Shown here: in pieces, positions 44,083-50,099 of the stretch
Numbering within the stretch: the stretch's first letter is position 1
How the letters are laid out: the number at the start of each line of letters is the position of its first letter
Assembly (NCBI GenBank): GCA_041690135.1
Contig: JAWLHY010000022.1
Coordinates: 1 to 50,099, forward strand
DNA length: 50,099 nt
From: Armatimonadota bacterium
Lineage (GTDB): Bacteria > Armatimonadota > SYMT01
Direction: 5' to 3'
Made by a program: the position numbers and the translations under genes
Notes under the pieces: model-generated
What the model was told of the DNA's origin: nothing
What the model saw: the letters and a program-made list of their open reading frames with translations, nothing else
The model's database searches: none

Positions 44083-47037
44083 CTAACCGGCGAAGAGCTG
44101 GAGGCGCTCCTCGAGCTTGGCGCGCTTCTCCAGAAGCTCTTGCTGGATGCGGCGCTGCTTTTCGATGATGTCGGCGGGGGCGCGGCTAAGGAACTGCTCG
44201 TTGGACAGCTTGCTTTCCACTCCCTTCAGATCCTTGGCCACCCCGTCCAGCTCTTTGCGAATGCGGGCCTGCTCGGCACTGACATCGACCAAGCCGGCCA
44301 CGGCGACGGCCACTTCCATCCCCGCGGCCACGGTGTGGGCGGCCTGGCCTTCGGGACGCTCGCGGCTGATGCGGGCCTTTGCCATCTGCTCGACGTAGGC
44401 CGTCTCCAGATGACCGTCGCCCATCACCGATACGTCCACCGTCTGGAGCGGCACCCCCAGTTCGGCCTTCAGGTTGCGGATGGCGCGGGTCACCTCGATC
44501 ATGGCGTCCATCCGTGCCTCGGCTTCCTCATCGCGGAGCTCCGCCAGCGCTCCCGGATAGGGTTGGACGATCAACGCGCTCTTCGGGTCCGTTCCGGGCA
44601 GGGCCTGCCAGATCTCCTCCGTGATGAACGGCAGGAAGGGGTGCGCCAGCCGCAGGAACGCTTCGAGCACCGCCACGATCACCTCGCGGACGAGGGTGGG
44701 GTCTTCGCTCCGCAGGCGCGGCTTTGCCAGCTCCACGTACCAGTCCGCGAACTCGTCCCAGAGGAAGTGGTACAGGACCCACGACGCCTCCCCCAACGAG
44801 TAGCGGTCCAGCGCGTCGTTCACGGCCGCCGAGGCCGCCGCAAAACGGGAGAGAATCCAGCGGTCGGCGAGCTCAAGTTGGGGGCCGGAGGTTGGGTGTT
44901 GGGGGTTGGGGGCTGGGGGCTGGGGTTCGGAGGTTCCGAGTTCCGAGTTCTGGGTTCCGGGATTCCACTCACGCAAGAGGAGTCCCAACCGTTGGTCGCC
45001 GAGTATGGCCCCTGGCCCCTGGCCCCTGACCCCTGGTCCCTGGTCTCCGGCCCCTGACCCCTGGCCCCCGGCCCCTGACCCCTGCGAATCGCCGAGGTTC
45101 ATGAGGACGAAGCGGGAGACGTTCCAGAGCTTGGTGCAGAAGTTGCGCATCTGCTCGATCTGCTCGGCGCGGGCCAGCTCGTCGTCGGGACCGGTAGCCT
45201 TGATGCCGCCGGACTTCCAGCGCATTTTGAACCGGATGTCCTGACTGTCCGTTACCAGGCTCGCCAGACCGAACCGGGTAGCGTCGGCTCCGTACAGCCG
45301 GATCAGCTCCAGCGGGTCCACACCGGTGCCGAGGCTCTTGCTCATCCGCTGCCCTTCCTCGGTCATGACCGTAGCATGGACGAGCACCTGCCGGTAGGGC
45401 TCCTTGTCGAGGAACTCCTCGCCGGTCATGATCATGCGCGCCACCCAGAGATAGAGGATGTCGCGCCCGGTGATCATCAGGTCCGTGGGATAGAAGTAGC
45501 CCAGGTCGTCCGTCGCCTCCGGCCAACCCAGGGTGGCATGCGGCCAGAGGGCGCTGCTGAACCAGGTGTCGAGAACATCCGGATCCTGCTCCATCTCAGA
45601 TCCGCCGCAGTGGGGGCAGGTGTCCGGCTTCTCCACGGAGGGGATCGGCTTCACGTCCGAACCCACCTGCAAAGCACCTTTGGAGAGCCGGCTCACGCCG
45701 GAGTCGCACTGCAGGCAGTACCACAACGGGATCCGATGGCCCCACCAGAGCTGGCGGGAAACGCACCAGTCGCGGATCCCCTCCAGCCAATCGATCTCCA
45801 TCTGGCGGAAGCGCTCCGGGGTGTAGTCCACTCGACCGGCACGGATGGCGGCGAGCGCCTGGTCGGCCAGGTCGCGGCAAGCCGCAAACCACTGCAGCTT
45901 GAGCAGCGGCTCGATCACCGTCCCGCACTTGTCGTGATGACCCACGGCGTGTGTGTGCGGCTCGATCTTCACCAGCAGCCCGCGGGCGTCCAGGTCCGCC
46001 ACCACCTTCTTGCGGGCTTCCTGCCGGCTCAATCCGGCGTAGGCGCCAGCGGCTTCCGTGATGGCGCCGGTATCGCCTATCACCTGGATTGGCGGCATCA
46101 ACTCCGGGTGCCGCTGGGCGATGTCCCAGTCGTTGGGGTCATGCGCGGGGGTCACCTTCACGGCACCAGTCCCGAAAGAGGCATCCACGTGGTGGTCGGC
46201 CACCACGGGGATTTCCCGCTCCATCAGCGGAAGGACCACCTTCTTGCCCACCAGGTCGGTGTACCTCGTATCCGAGGGAGCGACAGCCACGCCGGTGTCC
46301 CCCAACATGGTCTCCGGCCGAGTGGTAGCTACCACCACCCCCTCGCCGCCGTCGGCACCCGGGTAGCGGAAGTGCCACAGGTTCGATTGGAGCTCCCGGT
46401 GCTCCACTTCCAGGTCGCTGACCACGGTCTGGCACTGCGGGCACCAGTTGACGATCCGCTCGCCGCGGTAGATCCAGCCCTTCTCGTAGAATTTCACGAA
46501 GGCGGTCAGCACCGCGCGGGCGTAACCGCTGCGCGTGTAGAGCTTACCGAGCGCCCAGTCGGCCGTCTGCGGTCCTTCCTCGACGAACTCGTCCAGAGTG
46601 AACCGGGTGCGGGACCAGTCGTACGAGCAGCCAAGGGCCTGAAGCTGCCGGAGGATCGTGCCGCCGTACTTGAGGGTCCACTCGCGGGCGTGCCCCAAGA
46701 ACTTCTCGCGGCCCATGTCTCGACGGTCGAGACCTTGCGCGCGGAGAGCCTGATCCACCTTCATCTGCGTGGCAATTCCGGCGTGGTCGGTGCCGGGCAG
46801 GCACATCACGTTGAAGCCCTGCATCCGCTTGCGGCGCACGATGAGGTCGTGGATGGTGTGCTGCAACGCATGGCCCATGTGCAGTTCACCGGTAACGTTC
46901 GGCGGCGGAATGGTGAGGGAGAACGGCTGCTTCGCCGGGTCCACTTTCGCCGTGAAGTAGTCCCGGTTGCGCCAGAACTCATACTGCTTCGGTTCAACTT
47001 CCTTGGGTTCGTAAGTCTTTGAGATTTCGGTAGACAT
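44083..47037 (-). CDS. valS: valine--tRNA ligase
   Basis: PPPNVTGELHMGH, PGTDHAGIATQ, ATTRPET, GTGAVKVTPAHD, DWCVSRQLWWGHRIP, DVLDTWFSS, RMSKS, C-terminal coiled-coil arm. Confidence 0.98.
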   Translation of the reverse strand: MSTEISKTYEPKEVEPKQYEFWRNRDYFTAKVDPAKQPFSLTIPPPNVTGELHMGHALQHTIHDLIVRRKRMQGFNVMCLPGTDHAGIATQMKVDQALRAQGLDRRDMGREKFLGHAREWTLKYGGTILRQLQALGCSYDWSRTRFTLDEFVEEGPQTADWALGKLYTRSGYARAVLTAFVKFYEKGWIYRGERIVNWCPQCQTVVSDLEVEHRELQSNLWHFRYPGADGGEGVVVATTRPETMLGDTGVAVAPSDTRYTDLVGKKVVLPLMEREIPVVADHHVDASFGTGAVKVTPAHDPNDWDIAQRHPELMPPIQVIGDTGAITEAAGAYAGLSRQEARKKVVADLDARGLLVKIEPHTHAVGHHDKCGTVIEPLLKLQWFAACRDLADQALAAIRAGRVDYTPERFRQMEIDWLEGIRDWCVSRQLWWGHRIPLWYCLQCDSGVSRLSKGALQVGSDVKPIPSVEKPDTCPHCGGSEMEQDPDVLDTWFSSALWPHATLGWPEATDDLGYFYPTDLMITGRDILYLWVARMIMTGEEFLDKEPYRQVLVHATVMTEEGQRMSKSLGTGVDPLELIRLYGADATRFGLASLVTDSQDIRFKMRWKSGGIKATGPDDELARAEQIEQMRNFCTKLWNVSRFVLMNLGDSQGSGAGGQGSGAGDQGPGVRGQGPGAILGDQRLGLLLREWNPGTQNSELGTSEPQPPAPNPQHPTSGPQLELADRWILSRFAAASAAVNDALDRYSLGEASWVLYHFLWDEFADWYVELAKPRLRSEDPTLVREVIVAVLEAFLRLAHPFLPFITEEIWQALPGTDPKSALIVQPYPGALAELRDEEAEARMDAMIEVTRAIRNLKAELGVPLQTVDVSVMGDGHLETAYVEQMAKARISRERPEGQAAHTVAAGMEVAVAVAGLVDVSAEQARIRKELDGVAKDLKGVESKLSNEQFLSRAPADIIEKQRRIQQELLEKRAKLEERLQLFAG
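44878..45087 (-). repeat. in-frame heptamer cassette in valS (70 codons)
   Basis: About 11 CAGGGGY-like units, a spacer, GAACTCG-like units, then CCCCCAR units. Confidence 0.85.
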
Positions 47038-47047
47038 GGGTGTTTCC

Positions 47048-47316
47048 GTGATACGTGATGCGTGAAACGTGAGGCTTACGTGCGAGGCGGCTGCGAAGGC
47101 AAAGATGCGGCCTCGCACGTGAGCGTGTTGCGTGATGCGTAATTCGTGAGCTTGCGTTCGCGACGACTGCGGAGGCTAGGAAGCGGCTTCGAACTTGAGT
47201 GTGATCCGAGTTGCGTATTTCGTATTGCGTGAGAGCCACGTGCGAGATAGTTGCAAGGGCAGGGATGGTGCCTCGAACTTGAGTGCATTCCGCGTTGCGT
47301 GTTTCGCATTGCGTGA
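47048..47316. repeat. three degenerate ~80-bp units built of TGCGTGA heptamer tracts plus a hairpin
   Basis: Tracts at 47048, 47118, 47211 and 47288; cgaacttgagtg at 47190 and 47274; hairpin gcttacgtgcgagg...cctcgcacgtgagc. Confidence 0.7.
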
Positions 47317-47558
47317 TGTGTAAGGGTCGGGCTCTGGTTGGGTGGGAGGCAGGACGGATAGCTCGGGTTAGGGCAGTTACGCTGCGGTGCCTTTGGTGCA
47401 GCAATTGTTTCGGATCATAGACATCGCAATTGCCAGTCTCCGGTCGGGGGCGGCGCATTGCAACCCATCACCCCTTCGGGGTACCCGGGCGTAGGCCTGC
47501 GCACGAACCGCCTCGGCTGCAGTGCAACTGTAGCCGATCGCGTCCTCCCGAACCGCCG

Positions 47559-47623
47559 CTCATTATCCTTATCCTCATCCTCATCCCAATCGGGCCGAAG
47601 GCCACTTCATCCTTCATCCTTCA
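47559..47623. repeat. hexamer (CTCATC-like) and heptamer (CTTCATC) micro-repeats at the HIT stop
   Basis: ctcattatccttatcctcatcctcatcccaatc and cttcatccttcatccttca. Confidence 0.6.
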
Positions 47624-48036
47624 AAAAGGGGCCGCAGGCGACTGGCCATGGCGGCGCGGGCGGCGGGGGCCACTTCCTCGCCGAACTTGTGATCCATCTC
47701 GTCCCCGTCGTAGCGCGGAACCACGTGCAGGTGAGCGTGATAGAGGCTCTGGCAGGGGGCCTCGTTGTTGAACACGAGCATCACGCCGCACTTCAGGACA
47801 CCGCGCAAACCTGCAGCCATGCGCTTCGCGACGAGGACCATGTGGCAGAGCAGGTCGTCGTCCATCGTGAGGGCGTTCCGCACGTGCTCACGGGTGACCA
47901 CCACCAGGTGCCCCGGGTTAACGGCATGCTGCGCCACCACCACCACGACGCGGTCGTCCCGGTAGACCTCGTCCGCCGCGGCGGCTCCGGCGGCAGTTCG
48001 GCACGCCATGCACTGCTGGAGTTCATTCGCGCTCAT
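47614..48036 (-). CDS. HIT-family nucleotide hydrolase
   Basis: CMAC, VYRDD, NPGHLVVV, NNEAPCQSLYHAHLHVVPR (HxHxHxx triad); SD gaggga before ATG 48036. Confidence 0.92.
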   Translation of the reverse strand: MSANELQQCMACRTAAGAAAADEVYRDDRVVVVVAQHAVNPGHLVVVTREHVRNALTMDDDLLCHMVLVAKRMAAGLRGVLKCGVMLVFNNEAPCQSLYHAHLHVVPRYDGDEMDHKFGEEVAPAARAAMASRLRPLFEG

Positions 48037-48065
48037 TCCTGCTCCCTCGTTTCCAATCGGGCCAG

Positions 48066-48108
48066 AAAAACAGAAAACCTCTTCCGTCCTCCTGAAGGAC
48101 GAAAGAGG
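48066..48108 (-). terminator. T-box attenuator terminator
   Basis: CCUCUUUCGUCCU-UCAGG-AGGACGGAAGAGG followed by UUUUCUGUUUUU. Confidence 0.9.
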
Positions 48109-48334
48109 CGCGCTCTTCCGCGGTACCACCTTCATTCCCCACCCGGCTAACTCGCGGGAAGGGCTCTTCATTCTCGCGTTAACGGGCGAACCCGGGCAGC
48201 ACTAATGGGCGGTAGCCGTTCGCACTGCCGGCTCCGGGGCGACGTTCGGGGCTGCGCAACCGAGGAGAGCTCTCAGCCGGTGACTCTCCCTCTCTGGCGA
48301 TGCAACAGGCGCCTACTCTTCCCCATCCCAGCCT
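48066..48334 (-). promoter_or_regulatory. T-box riboswitch leader, Val specifier (GUC), transcriptional type
   Basis: Minus strand: GAUGGGGAAGAGUA, AGAGAG, GCUGAG loop, GAAC-GUC-G specifier (48241-48243), CCGUUA, AAUGAAGGUGGUACCGCG T-box (48119-48136), antiterminator GAAGG/CCUUC and GCG/CGU. Confidence 0.93.
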
Positions 48335-48352
48335 GTCCAAACTTTCGCCCCT

Positions 48353-48361
48353 ATGTTAACA
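48353..48361 (-). promoter_or_regulatory. possible extended -10 promoter for the T-box leader
   Basis: TGtTAACAT about 20 nt upstream of T-box stem I. Confidence 0.45.
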
Positions 48362-48658
48362 CGCCGCAAACGGTTCCGCCAGGGGTTCACGCAGCCGGAT
48401 CACTGTGCCTATTCTTAAAGGGTTCTTCAGCATGGCTGCCGAGGACCCTATCTGACGAGCCTGTGTCCTCACCGCCCAGGGGCTACGGAAGAATATCGGA
48501 GCCGTTCCGAAATTCATTGCGGATGCGGGGCACCAGCGCCCGCCACGGAATGGAATTCCGTGGCTACTACGGAGTGAAACCCCTCCGGGGTTGGCGTGGC
48601 ACGAGACCGGTTCAAGCCTTCGCAATCACTTTTCTTAACCTGTTAGGACGTACAGTTC

Positions 48659-49981
48659 ATGTTGCTGCTTCAACGCTCTTCACTCGCCGCGTTCTTGCTC
48701 GTTGCGTCGGCCTACGCGGTTTCCGCCGCGGCCCCGGTCCTGCGTCTGCCCACGGCCAGTATCGCACTTACGCCTTCCGGAGCTACGGTCGCTCCCGGCG
48801 CGTCGCTGTCGTTCTCCGCACAGCCCCTGGACCGAAATGGAGAACCGGTACCCGACGTGACGGTCACCTGGAGCAGCAACCGTTCCCGGATCGTTTCCGT
48901 CAACGCCCAGGGCCAGGCCCTCGCCCACGCCGTGGGCACGGCTACACTCACCGCCCGCGCCGGTGGGAAAACCGCAACCGCCGTGGTGTCGGTCGTCAAC
49001 CCTTCCACCTCCGCTGGCCTCGTTGCCGCCAACATCGGCCAGGTTAACCACGTGCTGGTCGACGACGAGTGGGTCTACTGGACAGAGACCAACAGTCGGC
49101 TGGTACGGTTGCGCAAGACGGCAATAACCGGCGGACCCATTTACGATCTCGCAAGCGAACCGTCTCGGACCTCGCAGCGGCTCACGGTCACCTACGTACA
49201 CCTGAAACAAGTGGGGGACGATCTCTACTGGTCACGAGAAACGTTCGGCGCCCTGGATCACTGGAGCATCCGGAAGATCGCGAAGACGGGAGGTCCGGTC
49301 ACCGAGGTCCTCGCCGAGGACATCAGCATCGAGCCGATGCTCGCCACGGGCTGGGCCGTAGCCGGCAAGTACCTCGTGGCCGTGCTGTGGGACCCCAACG
49401 AGCTCGGGCTGCCCAACAATACCCGGGTGGCCGCCTATGATACGGATTCCGGCATCTGGACGCCCGTGCTGCAGGGAAATTATGGTGAGAACTCGGTTCA
49501 CCTTCTGGCGGCAACGGAAGGGAAGGTCTACATTCGCACCGTCACCGAGCAATCCCGCACCGAACTCCTGCTCGCGGATCCAGCCGCGATGCCCAACACG
49601 CACCAGGTTCTACACACGGAAGGGCGACGCGACCCGCGCATCTCCCTGCCCGGTGCAGTCAGTGACACCGAAGTTTTCTACTGGACGCAAGTGAGAGATG
49701 GAACTCGCCTGATGGCGATCCCGCTGGCAGGCGGCACCCCGCGCCCGGTCGTCCGTGGTTACCTCGGACAGGGACTGGTGACGGATGGAACCTCTCTCTA
49801 CTGGGCGCCCCTACAGAAATCGGTCGTGAAGCTTCCAGTGGCGGGAGGCACGCCAACGACGGTGCTGCGGCGCATCGTCTCCAACCCTCCCTTCGGGGGG
49901 CTCGCCCTCGACACGGACAGCCTCTTCCTGGCTCGCATTGAGCCCGGAGGCAAAAGCTCGATCGTCCGGGTCAGCAAGTAG
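48659..49981 (+). CDS. secreted protein with Ig-like (Big_2) domain and putative beta-propeller
   Basis: Signal peptide; VTWSSNRSRIVSVNAQGQALAHAVGTATLTARAGG; repeated D..VYW/LYW blades. Confidence 0.82.
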   Translation: MLLLQRSSLAAFLLVASAYAVSAAAPVLRLPTASIALTPSGATVAPGASLSFSAQPLDRNGEPVPDVTVTWSSNRSRIVSVNAQGQALAHAVGTATLTARAGGKTATAVVSVVNPSTSAGLVAANIGQVNHVLVDDEWVYWTETNSRLVRLRKTAITGGPIYDLASEPSRTSQRLTVTYVHLKQVGDDLYWSRETFGALDHWSIRKIAKTGGPVTEVLAEDISIEPMLATGWAVAGKYLVAVLWDPNELGLPNNTRVAAYDTDSGIWTPVLQGNYGENSVHLLAATEGKVYIRTVTEQSRTELLLADPAAMPNTHQVLHTEGRRDPRISLPGAVSDTEVFYWTQVRDGTRLMAIPLAGGTPRPVVRGYLGQGLVTDGTSLYWAPLQKSVVKLPVAGGTPTTVLRRIVSNPPFGGLALDTDSLFLARIEPGGKSSIVRVSK

Positions 49982-50015
49982 ATACAACCCATAATCGCAG
50001 CATACTGAGGCCAGT

Positions 50016-50069
50016 CCTCATTTCGATCGATTACCGCGTGGCACTACGCGGTAATCGATCGAAATGAGG
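50016..50069. repeat. 24-bp perfect inverted repeat with 6-nt loop
   Basis: cctcatttcgatcgattaccgcgt ggcact acgcggtaatcgatcgaaatgagg. Confidence 0.9.
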
Positions 50070-50099
50070 GGGCCAGCGAGCGACCGCCGTTTAATCGGC

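Noticed and set aside
44878-45087. ValS insert as an intein or self-splicing intron
   Set aside because: Too short, no His-Asn/Cys splice junction or group I/II core; it consists of heptamer repeats.
33959-47022. Long + strand ORFs 33959-35293, 34864-36264, 42323-43954 and 45376-47022
   Set aside because: Antisense shadows of the kinase, PL6 lyase and valS.
48037-48171. N-terminal extension of the HIT ORF
   Set aside because: This is the T-box antiterminator/terminator, not coding sequence.

Overview
GC-rich bacterial chromosomal segment, probably Armatimonadota. This is an inference from the '[13 protein letters not shown]'-type DUF1559 pilin-like genes, the planctomycete-like DUF1549/DUF1553-DUF1501 pairs and a T-box riboswitch. 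From left to right it carries: (1) a kaiA-less kaiC-kaiB-kaiB-PAS hybrid histidine kinase operon; (2) a ~20 kb co-oriented block of exported proteins (two DUF1559 pilin-like proteins, two cytochrome c-DUF1549-DUF1553/DUF1501 pairs, NHL-repeat protein, SMP-30 lactonase, ceramidase-like hydrolase, Pgl-type lactonase, sulfatase); (3) ankyrin, small Zn-finger, DUF3565, penicillin-acylase-family, small HTH and secreted genes; (4) a CheR plus 'NEEL'-heptad hybrid kinase plus pseudo-receiver regulator module; (5) a TolB-like lipoprotein and a PL6 lyase; (6) valS, whose Val-specific (GUC) T-box leader sits directly in front of a HIT hydrolase gene about 1 kb upstream of valS; (7) a secreted Ig-domain protein. 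Intergenic DNA is full of GTAG-type and other REP-like palindromes and of 6/7/8/9/16-nt tandem micro-repeats. The same heptamer cassettes also occur in frame inside ValS and a DUF1553 protein. No rRNA, tRNA, CRISPR array, transposase or phage gene was recognised. Domain calls come from reading motifs by eye, not from database searches.
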